Of a stretch of DNA of 64,000 nucleotides, positions 14,011 to 27,819 are shown piece by piece (position 1 is the stretch's first letter; every line of letters starts with the position of its first letter). The stretch comes from Octopus vulgaris (Eukaryota). The translations under genes were made by a program, and so were the position numbers. The notes below the pieces were generated by a model. The model was not told the origin of the DNA, did no database searches, and saw only the letters and a program-made list of their open reading frames with translations. Where the stretch lies: assembly GCA_951406725.2 (NCBI GenBank), contig OX597815.1, positions 74,710,001 to 74,774,000 of the forward strand, in the 5' to 3' direction.

Positions 14011-14638
14011 TATTATTGTCATTATCATTATCATTCATTTGTAACAAAAAAAAAATACTGATTTCTAATATTAGCACGAAGTCACGAATCAATCTGTATA
14101 TGACAAATACTTAATTTTCCGACTTTGAAATAATGAGAAGCAAACTTATCCATTGTAGATTTGAACTCAACTCTTTTACGTTTCTGCGATCATAATGCCA
14201 TATGATCCTTGCCTGTACCAGGCAAAGGGTTGTGTCTGAACAATGTACTTCATTTAAAGCTGTTCCAGTTTACTCAGCTGAAAATGAGTAACAGCTTAGT
14301 ACTGGTGCAGCTCTCTTTCTCGCCCCAGCTGGGTAAAAAAAAAGGGTGGAAATGTTGAGAGGATGTTTATGCGTGCTCTTGGTTCCATGAGCACAGAAAA
14401 CAAACTAATGAAAGGGTGAGGGTAATGGTTAACTATTTTTATGTCATCTGTTTCTACAGACATCATGGAACAAATCAAAACTAAACAAAGAAAAACTGTG
14501 ATAAAAAATATTTAACTAAAATAATTACTAAATATTAATAACATTGTGTTAATTAATGGTGCAAGAGTTTATCAATAAATAAATTTGAAACCGAGTCGAA
14601 ACGAATTAAATATAATCATTAACAACAGTTTTTCTTAC

Positions 14639-14690
14639 CTTCAATTCCTATACATAAGATTACCAGTCCAAATACTGTATATTGTTTCAT
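14639..14690 (-). CDS. Probable first coding exon (signal peptide) of a second gene
   Basis: ATG then MKQYTVFGLVILCIGIE, ending G|gtaaga (strong phase-1 donor); basic-hydrophobic-small signal-peptide pattern. Downstream exons not identified. Confidence 0.55.
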
Positions 14691-14951
14691 CTCTGTTTCT
14701 GCATTTGCTCATAAGAGTGAATATGTGAAAAGTGTATATCTGTGGGGTTTTTTTCTACGTTTTGGAGACTTGGCAAGATAAATTTATTTTAGTGTAAAGT
14801 ATACTCTGTTCTGCTTTCGACGAAACGGAATACAAGACTCAGACTGAAATAGCTGGATACCGGTTTTATTTGTTGCTTTATACCTTTAATAATAATACAT
14901 CCTCTTCTCACCCAATCTTAATACACATACAAACATACATACATATATGAA

Positions 14952-14987
<36 letters not shown>

Positions 14988-15060
14988 TGTATGTATGTAT
15001 GTATGTATGTATGTATGTATGTATGCATGTATTGTACACACACATAAGCACGCACATATG

Positions 15061-15157
<97 letters not shown>

Positions 15158-17399
15158 AATTATTGTATACAGTGCTCATATATATACATATATATATATA
15201 CTTTCATGCAATCGTCATTGTACTGTTTAATAATAAATCAATTCTTTTACTATAACAACGTCAGAGCTGTGTTCTTTTAAATATATATATATATGTGTGT
15301 ATGTATGTATGTATGTATGTATGTATTACTTTTTTTCACGCATTTGTATATATTTTTGCAGTTGCGGTAACTTCAAGGTCCTGTTTGTTGTTTCCGCTAT
15401 CATTCAGGGAACAAATGAGTTTAATATAAGCAAGTTCTAACAGGTTATTAAAATGATCTTGCATGCCGCCTCTTTGTGATAATATGGATTATAAATTGTA
15501 TTGTCAGATATCAGAACAGCTAAAATTTAAATGGTTATTGGCACCTTGAACTGAAATGCTAATACAGACAAAGAGAAATTACCTAGAGTTTATTTCAATG
15601 TTTGATAGGCTCCTTAAAAATGTTTCCTATTAATTACTTTTATTTCGGAGTTGTACCTATCTATTTGTCAAGCAAATAACTTAATCTGCAACTGTGTTGA
15701 AACTGAAGCAGTTACATCAAGGAAGAATAATTTAATAAGATACAAAGTTCTTGGATTCCCTTTGAATTTATTTCATGAAGTGTCAAAATCTTCGTCACCC
15801 AAATGCGACCAAGTCTCAAGCACAGCTCCAGTGATACTCTAATTTTTGTTGGTTGCTTTCATTCATTACATGTTATTTACGAAAAAGTATCTATTGTTTG
15901 CATCAATACATTTTTTTTTTTACATAGACTTCATATTCTTACTGTGTTCTATTCAATATTTTGCTTGATAATATAATATAAACTAAGGTGTCGAAGAAAA
16001 ATCATCCTGAGGGTGGAGACTACAGTCAAGCTGGCTGCTGACAGAATTTTGAAGAACAAGTAAATTGAGGTCGAACTCGTGTCGCAAACTCAACTCAGCA
16101 GAATTTTGCCACCATGTTACCTCAAGGCATTTCTTGGTAGATGTGACATTGCCTGTGAACTTAGTAGGTCATTCTCAGATTCGTAGATGGACGCGATTAT
16201 TGTTCAGTCTAAACTTCAGTAGATTCGAAGGGAAAATGCGAACGGTGAGAGAATTTGTAGAAGTTACCATTCTGGTCAGGAATGATTGAACAAAGTGTTT
16301 AGTGTATGGTCCAGAGAATAGGTGTGGGTGAGGCGTAGTAAGAATGGTATAGGGGAAAAAGTCATAAATTAGGTGGGTCTAGAGAGAGGTGTAGATTATT
16401 CACTAATTCAGAAGGTCAAAGCCTTTTTTAATGGAAGTAGATATGACATAGAGAATATATTGAATGAGAATCATTCGTGTCGAATGTTTTTGAGTGTCGG
16501 CCAATCAGTATTTGTCAATCGAATGTATTTCCTTCCGACGCAGTCAAAGTGCTAGTGTAGTAGTGGCGGTACCATCCCATGTTTAGGAGACATTCCTTAA
16601 CGTAGATATATGCAGGAGGTTGGCAAATGACCATAGCTGATATGTCTATTGGCATTGAAGAGTGATGGAATTATTTTTGCAACATTGGATATATATGAAA
16701 AATCATCAGAGATTTCGAATCTATTGTCTGTAGCAACTTGGGATTTTTATTGTATGATCCGAAATATATAGTACTATCTGACGTGCCCGATAATTCCCAG
16801 AAAAGCGGGGCTTATACTTTGGTTCCGTTCTCATAATTGTTTCGCTAATCCAATAACAACAGTACAAAGTATGTAGCCCTTAAAACGAGTTTTTTTTATA
16901 AGGATCTTGTTTTTAGCAATTCCCAATAAGTTATGAATGCCCAAATCGTGAAGTCAGTTACGTAATAACATGAAATTAGTTACTCGATAGTAAGAATTCA
17001 AATAAAGTAGCCTCGAAAAAGGCTTTAATGTTTTCCCAAAGTATATAGAACTTAGGAGGAAATACCAATAAGGTATATATACCAAAATCGTGAAGCATTG
17101 TACGTAATAACAGGCTAATCGGATATGAGATAATAACAATTCAAAGTAAATGACTCTGAAAAGGGCTTTTGTGCGTTCCCAGGGAATATAACCCTTAGGG
17201 GAAGTAGTATTGAAATAGATTCACAATGAATGTAGAAACACACTGGCATTTAGTTTTACAGTAGACATACAAATAAATTTGCATATAGATTTGAAATTAA
17301 AATAGCATGTAGATTATCAAATTCATTTACAACACTTACAGTTAAATAATAAATACCTGATGATTTGATGAATTTTACTAAGTTTGCAGAGCTTCTTGA

Positions 17400-19290
17400 T
17401 AAACAACATTTTTTATCTAACCTTGTGGGGCATAAATAAACAAATGGTTAGGATTGCTGACTCTGGAGCATCCCACATAAAGTTGGCTATGGGAGAAAAC
17501 TGGTTCCGCAAGGTTCAGATCTACCACATCCAATGCTGTCCCTGGGCCTTGTTAATGCTCATTGCAAATCTCAGTTTCAACGGGAATTGCAGGCGCTTGT
17601 ACTGGAAAGGCATATCCGAGGGAATAAGTGGGATTCTAAGAATGAATACAGGCTCACCGTTTGCTTTACCAGAAGTTTGATGTTTAAATCATCAACTGTC
17701 ACATTCTTTGGAGCTGAAATGGCACGGGTGGTTTTCAGCCAGTTGTCGTCTGTAACCTGATTCCTTAGGTTAGGAAGCATTTTATTCATTAGACCCTTTA
17801 AATCAGATACCATGCCCAAAAGGCAAGCTTAGCCGGCCATCCTTCTCGCCAACCGAAGTGCCATTACCGACGTCCAACAGTTGCATTGAAAAGAGTCTGC
17901 CTGCATCATCACCACTGAGCTGCAGTCTCATGCTGGTTGTGAGTCTCAGTTTTTGCACACTACTCCATAGGTACCTCATCAGCTCTTGTCTCATTTGGAG
18001 CCATGGGAAGGGTTTGTCTAAAGTCTCCTGAAAGCAAGACTCTGACATCTCCCATGAGCCTGGTGTTGTGTCTCAGATCCTGAAGGGCCATGTCAAGAAC
18101 TTCAAAGGAAACTTTATGGCTCATTATTACCTCATCTCAGATGATCAACTTGTATTCACCCAGAAGTTTGTCTTTTATAGAACCACGACTGATGTTGCCG
18201 TTTACCTTCTCTTTTTTGGACAGGTTCAAAGGGAGTTTGAAACAGGAATGAGTTGTGTGGCCACTACTTAGCAGAGTTGCAGCAATTCCACGTGACGCCA
18301 CTGTTATGGTAATGTGTTTCATTTGGCGCAGTTTAGCCAGAATAAGGTTGATGACAAATGTCTTGCCAATTTCACCTGGAGCATCCAGAAAGAAAATACC
18401 TCTTCTTTCACTTTCAATGCTTGAAATGGTGGTCTTATAAACACCCAGTCTGTCCTCTATCAGTTTGTGTTCATTATTAGCTATATACGCCGTCATTTCC
18501 TCGATATCATAGTAGATTTCTCGCAGGTACTCAAATACGAGATTGTATTGTTTGCTGCCTGCTCTGGTTGTGGCAGACCAAATGTGGCAATGCCTTGACC
18601 TCCCATAGCTTGCACTCGGTTGTCCAGATCAAGTAATTCCTCGTTGTAAATGGCGTAACTGAACGTGGAAATTTCCGCTGAGGCTTGCCTTTGAATCCTT
18701 TGTAGGATGTCCTCAGCCATGCTGGTTTTGTGAGTCGTCCAAAGCGTGAGTGGTTCACCCAAGCCACATGTCATCAACATGATAGAAAATAGCTGGCGAA
18801 GTTGAATTGGTGCTCTACCTCATCCAGTGTCTGGTTCCATTGAGCATCGTTCTCCAGTAGTCCATGTCTGGCGCGGGCTTCTCTGTAGGTCGTGCATACT
18901 TCCCCATTGTGTCTTCGAAGGTCTGACAGTGTGCAGCAGTAGTCGCAGAAAGAAGCACTCCTGCTGATTAGGGTACACAGTGTACACCCACCCGATGGCC
19001 CCACTTCTGAAGATAGCACGTTCTTCCTAGCCCTCAACGCACGCTCCTTACTTGCGTCTGTTCCATCTATTGTGTGTTCAGTATAGTACACGGGAACCTC
19101 AATATAGAACAGCGTTTGGGCATGCAGATCATATTGGCATAATTTGAAGAAAGCTGTCAAAGTGGTTTCTGATGGATACAGAACAATGTTTCGAGCATTG
19201 TCTTCTTTGAAATATACACGCTGGACATTTTCAAGATGTACATACAGATTCATCACTGTAGGATGCCTCTCGTGAATTTCGAAGCCTTCG
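17400..19290 (-). mobile_element. Helitron Rep/Pif1-helicase remnant
   Basis: LYVHLENVQRVYF, TTLTAFFKLC, FFLDAPGEIGKTF (Walker A), VASRGIAATLL..G.T.HS.FKLP, LLDVGNG motifs. Confidence 0.9.
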
Positions 19291-21496
19291 TTAGCGGAAG
19301 GTCGTGGTTGTGTATGACTATTTATATTAAGTTTGAAATGCTAGAAGTGAGTGTAATATATTTAAAGTTGTCAGGGTCTGAAATACTGATCTTCATAAGA
19401 AAGACGGGTTACTTTTCTTTGGATAGATTCCTATCGAGAGAAAAGGAAGGCTTTGGTGATATCAGCAGCCAATTCTGAAGTGCAATGTTTAAGTTACTAG
19501 AAAAATTTCTAGTAGACATCTTAAAGCATTGAACTCTATCACTGTAAATAGAGTCATTGATGACAAAGTGTTTTGATCATGGATAAAACAAAACCGCTAC
19601 AAAAAAAATGCGAAGCCTTCAACTTTGTGTTTCAGTACACTTACAATTTGATCTCTTAACGATGGTTTTGATTCCATCAAATAATAAGCTAACATTCGTT
19701 AAATAAACATAAATTCTTGGTGGTCAAACTGGTGTGTAGTAAGTACATTGTAGAAGCCAATGTTTACTGAAGCACAAAATAGATAAATCGAGGTGTGTTT
19801 TAGAACGTGAATAAAAAGTCAACGTGTATTTGATGCATAAACAAATTGATGTTAAGAAGTCAAGCCAAGCATCAACAGTCAACTTCCTGTTGTGTACTAT
19901 TATCATCAGTATACACCAAGTGACTTTTGAGATTGCTAATAAAATGATAGATCAATAGCAGATATATCAGTTTCTCGATGACAACATACAACTTATCCAA
20001 TAATGTAATTATATTCCTAGAAAAAAAAAGTCCTAGAAAAAAAATGTTGCATGATTTTTGTATGTGGCAAGGGTAGATTTCTTTTTTGAGCAGTAGTATT
20101 TTGTCCATAGATTTTGCAAAGGATGTACAGGTCGTGAAACAAGTTGAATAGCATTAAGCTATTCATTCAAATTAACATTGATAAAAGTTAACTGACGATA
20201 ATGTATATTATTCAATTTATAATCTACGACGAAACATGCAAGGAAACTAACGCAATACACGCACATCATGGTTGGTTAAGGATTCTGGTTCATTACTTGC
20301 TTATGCTGTACGGCAAACAAGTAGTTCAATTTGTTTATAAATCTTTTATCGTTTACTAATTTCAATCATTGGACTGCAGCCATATTGGGACACTGCTATG
20401 AAGGATTTTTGTTGAATAAATTGACCCTAATACTTACGTTTTATTTTTTAAAAGTCTGGTACTTATTCTATCGGACGCTTTCTCGATTGATAATTGCTGG
20501 TGTCAATGTCCAAACAACAAATAAAGGACTTTAGTTGATATTGCTTACTACCAGTTTCCTATGTCTATATACACTTTTAGGGTAAAGACTTGTATGGTCA
20601 TGCCGCAGCTATACTCCGTCTCCGTATGCAGGAGTCAATATTTCATCAGACGGTGAAGAAGTTTTGTTCATGTTTCGGCCCTTTTCACTATGATATCAGT
20701 GCTGCCCGGGACCACCTACCGATGAAGGTGACAGAACTCTTACACACCGCACAAGCTTTGTTGCGTCAGTTGCTGTGCATATGGGCCAAGTGTTTCTATC
20801 ATCCTAAATGCTTGTCCTTGCCACACCACTCCTACTCTCTTTTGAACCAGATATAATGGTTTACTTTTTCAGCGATTTACAATTTTCTGGCAACATCTTT
20901 TCTCACCTTCGCAGTTAGTTCAAGACACCTGAGCATGTAAGTCTCGAGGAGATATTTAATGAGTGTTTTTTTAGTTTACTCGGGTCGACAAGCAGCTGTC
21001 GAAAGGTTTGTGGTTTGAATTTATTCTCACCACTGTTAATGTGAATTTATGTTTATGAGAGTTAATTTTAAATGCCCCAGTCTCCTCTGCCAAAGGATAT
21101 CATAGGATAAAAGGTATCACAACTGCGAACAACTTAATCGTTGTATAATTTTACAAGTATTTTGTTAGCAAGCTATTCTTAGCTGAGCACTAGTTATGTA
21201 TATGAGAGGTGGATGGCCTTCGTTTGATTTGAGTTCTGAAGATAAACTACAAGATAAGTAGTTTAGACATACCTTTATGAACCAATTGGTTATGAACTCA
21301 TCATTCGTCATTGGTATTTTAAGGCTTGCTAAAAGAATTTAAGTATAAAGTTAACTTTAAGTTACATCCAATTTTTAGAGGTTTAACGCGCCTTGCAAAA
21401 TAAAAAGACTACAGATAATTTGCACTCATCTACACTGGTAAATACAAAAACGCGCGAACTCATACACAAGTATTTTAATACTATGTGCCTCTACAG

Positions 21497-21650
21497 CGGC
21501 GAGCTGGCAGAAACGTTAGCGCGCCGGACGAAATGATTAGCAGTATTTCATCCGTTTTTACGTTCTGAGTTCAAATTCGTCCGAGATCAACTTTGCTTTT
21601 CATCCTTTCGAAATCGATAAATTAAGTACCAGTTGCGTACTGCGGTTAAT
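21497..21650 (+). mobile_element. CORE-type SINE
   Basis: Same head and core as 13425-14010. Confidence 0.75.
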
Positions 21651-22132
21651 TTGTTTTGCGAGAATTTGGTTAGTAATTGTTATTATTTATTGATATTGTT
21701 GCCATTTATTGTTAAATTTTGAACTTTTCTTATTGTTCTACGTTCTGTTTTAACAGACGTAGTGGACTGGTGTTCCCCTCCTTACGGAGGGGAAAATGAT
21801 TTTTGAAATAATTTTTAAAATAAATTTTGGAAAAAATATTTTGGAAAATATTTATTTTTGTGAAAAGGAATTCGGAGGATAAGTCTTCTAACCTGACCAA
21901 GCTAACCAAAGAGCAACTGTAAAACAAGACAAATGAACGAAAATGTGAACGAAAGTCACATAAATGCAGTAAACGGAAAAAGGAACCAAAAAGAAAAATA
22001 AATGCTGAAAACTATAAAATGAATAACGGAAAGTAAACCCAACTGAAGACAACCAAAAGAAAATTTATTTTGCCACCGCAGTCGGTGTGAGCAAAGATAA
22101 ATTGAACATAGAGCTAGATTCACTGCGGCAAC

Positions 22133-22200
<68 letters not shown>

Positions 22201-22202
<2 letters not shown>

Positions 22203-23131
22203 CGAGCAGTATAGCCCGGCGTTGCCCGGGTTTAAGTTAGGATTATTAAGCTAATCAACCGCTTTGTTTCAAACTAAACAAAGTAACATCGACGTCAAAT
22301 TTGAGCGAAATCCGTTGAAATTGGTAAACTTTTGGCTGATAACGGGTTGCAGAGAATTTGATTGGGAAATCCCATAAGGAGTCGGTTTATCGATTTTTCC
22401 ACTCATCGATTGTTTTTTTGTTTTTTTAGAACTTAAAGCATTCAAAGATCCCACGAGTCCTAAGTAACGCCGGCATCTAGTTTGAACAAAATACATCAAA
22501 ATTGGTAAAATTTATGGTTGGGTGTAGTCAATTCTAGTGGGAAATCCTATAAGGAATCGGTTTATCGATTTTTCATCCTGATTGAATGGAAAACCTCATA
22601 AGGAATCAGTTTATTGAAGATATGCATTGGAGAAGGTTGCCTCGGAGATCTGCATTGTAGAAGGTTGCATCGAAGGTTTGCACGCTATTATATATATATA
22701 TTATATAGAGGGCATTATTACACATAAATGCCGCACGCTAGGAGGGACTCTTAAAGTCAAAACTACCAAAATAAACATATCGTACCGAATGCAAGTCTCG
22801 AAGCAAATAATTTAGAAACAGAATTTAGCTGCAGATCACTAGTGATTTCGTAATCAACGCAGCAACTGCGTCCCTTACTCATCAGTACAGCGAATTCAAG
22901 ATATATAATGAATGAACAAAATCAACATACCAGACGAACAATCATCGTATCCACCGTAGAATATAGAAATGTTCACCCCTCATACATCTATGTAAATGGC
23001 GGGCTTTTTTTTCTCTTATGAGGTCTTTCACGCTAACTACTTGATAATTTCTTATGAAGATTTTATCCTATTTTTAAATTATATATACATATATATATAT
23101 ACACACACAATATGTCACATTCTCTACTATA

Positions 23132-23195
<64 letters not shown>

Positions 23196-23530
23196 ATATG
23201 TCACATTCTCTACTATATATATGCTGTCGCCTACTCTCTCTCCTTCTCTCCCTCACACACACACTTTCACTCCGCTACGGCAAGGAGGGGACTTAACTCA
23301 TTTTAGCAAACTTCAAAATTGGTAAAAGTTATAGTTGAAAATCGATTTTTACCGCTCTCCGCGGATGCCTCGGGAAAAATAAGTCGACAAAACCCAACTA
23401 GGATCGTGACGAATGTCCTCCTAAAATAGGAGCGACATGCGTGCTAATTTGTAGACGTGCATAAATTACATTCACGTACACACACACACACACAACACAC
23501 ACGCATCCTGCCATTTATAGATATACAGAT
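22201..23530 (+). mobile_element. Non-autonomous Helitron/Helentron-like element with a nested insertion
   Basis: 5' tacgagcagtatagcccggcgttgcccggg hairpin end, internal short repeats, and a 3' cacacac...catttatagatatacag end; inserted in (TA)n. Confidence 0.55.
22821..22897 (-). ncRNA. Type I hammerhead ribozyme motif
   Basis: Minus strand reads gaattc-gctgta CTGATGA gtaa[...]ttac GAAA tcactagtga TC tgcagc-t-aaattc: stems I, II and III all pair, core is canonical, cleavage triplet AUC. Confidence 0.85.
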
Positions 23531-23852
23531 TAAGGTGGCCTATTCGCAACTTACAACCAAAAGGCACAAGTATAAACATCACTAAGGTGACTAAGCATTG
23601 CTAGAAATAAGAGTCAAAACAACTCGTAGCCATGGGGAAGTATTTATCCGACAAGGGAGACAAGCTCCCTGTTTTGCCATTTATGGAATCAGCCTCTGAT
23701 TCCTACGGTATTTTCTACAAACTGACAAGGCGAGTTAGCTATAACTCTCGGCAACCGGGTGGGAGTCACTAATGAAGATTAATCAAATCCGAAATCATCG
23801 ATGATCTAGTTCTGTCCTGCTTGCTGTAGGGAACTTGCCTCCCTTGTCAGTC

Positions 23853-23916
<64 letters not shown>

Positions 23917-24077
23917 TATATAGTTATCAAGTAAGAGGAGTTTAATACCTCTGAGGGGTAATTAAATCCAGAGTCGCTCCTAGCTATTAGCTGGGTAGGT
24001 ACAGTCTTTTGTAATGTTGTACGGTAACAAGTGGTTCGTTTGGTAAACCGGAGTTTAGGTTATATAAGAAAAGAAAT

Positions 24078-24240
24078 TGGATGTAATCACAATGAGAAAC
24101 TCGTGGTTTACACCGATATGTCTTTAATTAAATAGATAATAAAGAAGGAAGAAGCAGATATGAGGGTATCCTTCTTTGTTACCTATTTAATTAAAGACAT
24201 ACCAGCGTAAACCACGACTTTCCCATTGTGATTATATCCA
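24078..24240. repeat. Fold-back hairpin with 72-bp arms
   Basis: tggatgtaatcacaat...aaagaagga / tccttcttt...attgtgattatatcca, 8 mismatches. Confidence 0.85.
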
Positions 24241-24243
24241 TTT

Positions 24244-24346
<103 letters not shown>

Positions 24347-24355
24347 GACAGAGAC

Positions 24356-24436
<81 letters not shown>

Positions 24437-24691
24437 TATGCGTGTGTGTCTTTGTGTCTGTGTTTGTCCGCCCATCACCGCTTGCCGACCGGCATTGGTG
24501 TCTTTAGTCCCCTTAAGTTAGCGGTTCGTCAAAAAAGACCAGGCTTAAAAATTAAATACTAGGGTCGACTTATTTGACTAAAACAAAATCAAGGTGGTGC
24601 TGCAGCATGGCCGCAGTTAAATGACTTAAAGCAAGTAAAATAATAAAAAAGATATACCTGCTTTCTTTGTTCGCCTGTTCGCTGCGATATT

Positions 24692-24760
<69 letters not shown>

Positions 24761-27533
24761 TCTTAATGAAATCAGCAAACAATCAACGCTACTGAGCAAC
24801 AAAAAGAGAACAAAAATACTCCGCAAATATAACATCACAGAGAAAGATTTGCCTGAAATAAAAGAAAAGCTGAAGCAAGATATCCTTGCCAAAGCACAAA
24901 AGATCCGCCGGTACGAGAAACGCCAACGCTTCTTTGAACAAAACAAAAAGTTCAACTCCAACCCAAAAAGTTCTACCAAGAACTGGGCAAAAATAAAATA
25001 GAAGTCACTGCAGCACCAACGGCAGAAGAATTGGAAGAATTCTGGAGAGAAATATGGTCGGCGAACGAACCACCAAAAAAAAGGAGTATCAAAATAACAA
25101 ACTCGGCATCTGAACAACTTTGGACCCCCATAACAACTGAAGAGGTCACCCAGGCACTGCAAAGACTAAGCAACTGGAAGGCACCTGGGCATGACAAGAT
25201 CCCCAACTTCTGGTTGAAATATCCAACAGGAATGCACAAAAAGCTGGCTGAAAACTTTAACAACGTACTAGCAGAGCCAGAGACAATGCCTGAATGGCTC
25301 ACGAAGGGGAAAACCATCTTAATTCCCAAATCAAATGAAACAGAAAAACCAGAAAACTACAGACCAATAACCTGCCTCCCTACTATGTTCAAGGCATTTA
25401 CTGCAGTGATATCACAAAGGCTGAACAAGCACCTGGACGAAAACAAACTGTTCCCAGAAGAGCAGAAAGGATGCCGCAAAGGCTCATATGGCTGTAAAGA
25501 TCAACTAATGATTAATAAAGCCATAACTGAAGACAGCCACAGAAAGAAGAAAGGCCTCAGTATGGCCTGGATTGACTACAAAAAGGCGTTTGATAGCATC
25601 CCCCACACATGGATCCTCGAAACACTAGCCATTAACAAAGTAGCACCAACAATCATAAAATTCATAGAGCACTCTATGAATAAATGGCAAACAGTCCTAC
25701 ACCTCCAAACAAAAGAGGGACTCATTAAAACCAAAGACATCTCCATTAGAAGAGGAATATTCCAGGGAGACACGTTCTCTCCACTCCTTTTCTGCTTGGC
25801 ACTGTCACCTCTATCTGATATGCTAAATAGAACTGGATGCGGATATAAATGTTACGGCAAAACGATCAGCCACCTTTTATATATGGATGACCTAAAACTA
25901 TACGCTGCAAATGACAAACAGCTGGAAACACTATTAAAGACAGTTCATGGATTTACCAAAGAAATAGATATGAAATTTGGATTAGAAAAATGCGCCAAAG
26001 TAACCATGAAAAGAGGAAAACTAGTTAAGAGTAACAACATCACACTAGATAAAACCAATGAAATAAAAGAATTAGACCAAAGCCAAACTTACAAATACTT
26101 AGGAATCCATGAACTAGATAAGACACAACACACACAAATGAAAGAGAAAATAAAAAAAGAATATTATAGACGAGTTAGATCAATACTAAACACAGAGCTC
26201 AATGCTAAAAACAAGATAATAGGCATCAACACTTTAGCTGTCCCAGTTATAAGTTACAGCTACAATATCCTTAACTGGACACGAAATGAACTGACCAAAA
26301 TAGATAGGAAAACAAGAAAAATAATGACAGGATCTAGAATGCATCACCCAAAATCTGACATAGAAAGACTATATATACAACGTATAGAAGGTGGTAGAGG
26401 CCTTATACAGCTGGAAAATTACTATAAAATAACCACCATAGGACTGCAAAAATATTTACTTCAGAAGGAAGGAAAACTGATCCAGATAGCGGCAAAACAC
26501 GAGCAAAACAAAAAACTATTCTCAGTATTTAAGGAAGCTGACAAATACAAACAAGAAATCATACCACCTAATAAACATGAAGAAGAAGAAGAAGATGAAG
26601 AAACAACAAAAGCTATAAAACAAATGAAATCCAAACTAAAAATAGAACAGCAACGAACCATGATAAAACGATGGCAAGAAAAGCCCCTTCATGGTAAATA
26701 CTGGACTAAACTAAACGCAAAAGAAATAGACAAAGAAAAATCCCAGCAATGGTTGAGAAGTTCAGGACTCAAAGCAGAGACAGAGGGATTTTTAATTGCA
26801 GCATAAGACCAAAGCCTTCCCACCAGAAATTACCAAAAACATGTAATGAAAAGAAATATTACAAGTAACTGCAGAATATGTGGAGATGGACAAGAAACAA
26901 TAAATCATATTATCTCTAGCTGCCCAGTCCTGGCTAAGAAGGAATATATTCACAGACATGACAGAGTTGGAACCTACATACATTGGAAGCTATGCCAACA
27001 TTATGGAATAACAACAGAAGAAAGATGGTATAGGCACACACCAGAAAAGGTCACAGAAAACGAGAAAGCAACCATACTCTGGGATATGCCGATACACACA
27101 GATAGAGAAATTAAGGCCAACAGACCAGATATAGTTGTCAGATATCATGAAGAAAAAAAATGCTTTCTAATTGATGTATCAATACCGGCTGATGACAACG
27201 TGTATCTAAAAGAAATGGAGAAACTCTCAAAATACAAAGACCTGGAAATAGAGGTAACTAGAATGTGGAATCTGAAAACAGAAACAATTCCTATCATAGT
27301 AGGTGCATTAGGCATGATAAAAAAATATTCAGACAAATACATAACAAAAACACCAGGACTTACAAACACATATAACATACAGAAAATTGCACTACTAGGC
27401 ACTGCACACATCCTACGCAGAACACTTTCCATACAATAACCATCAGAGCATCACAACAAATCACAGCACATACCCAAGGCACACAGAGCTGCGCTCGGTA
27501 GTGAAGTGAAAGCACGCTATAAAAATAAAACTA

Positions 27534-27540
<7 letters not shown>
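24761..27540 (+). mobile_element. R4/Dong-clade non-LTR retrotransposon (RT + CCHC + RLE), 5'-truncated, young
   Basis: ORF 25031-26806 (KAPGHD, YRPITCL, WIDYKKAFDS, GIFQGD, LYMDDLK) continues past one stop into CRICG..ETINHIISSC, RHD, RPDIVV, LIDVS; (TAA)n on both sides. Confidence 0.95.
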
Positions 27541-27622
<82 letters not shown>

Positions 27623-27819
27623 AATTATTGTATACAGTGCTCGGGTGCACCACAACTTGTCAAAAGTGCGTGACTTTCTCCACTCTATCCATTCGGCAAT
27701 GTCACTCGGAAATTATTGCTCTGTCCGAAACTGTGATAGACGGTGATTACTGAATGTGCTGCCTGGTGGGATTGAACGAGGAACCACTTGGTTGGAAAAT
27801 GATCCGAACCATATATATA

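Noticed and set aside
14296-14490. Possible second exon of the signal-peptide gene
   Set aside because: An acceptor is plausible, but there is no clear donor or recognisable protein motif.
16000-17150. Possible decayed coding or retroelement sequence
   Set aside because: No motif I could identify with confidence.
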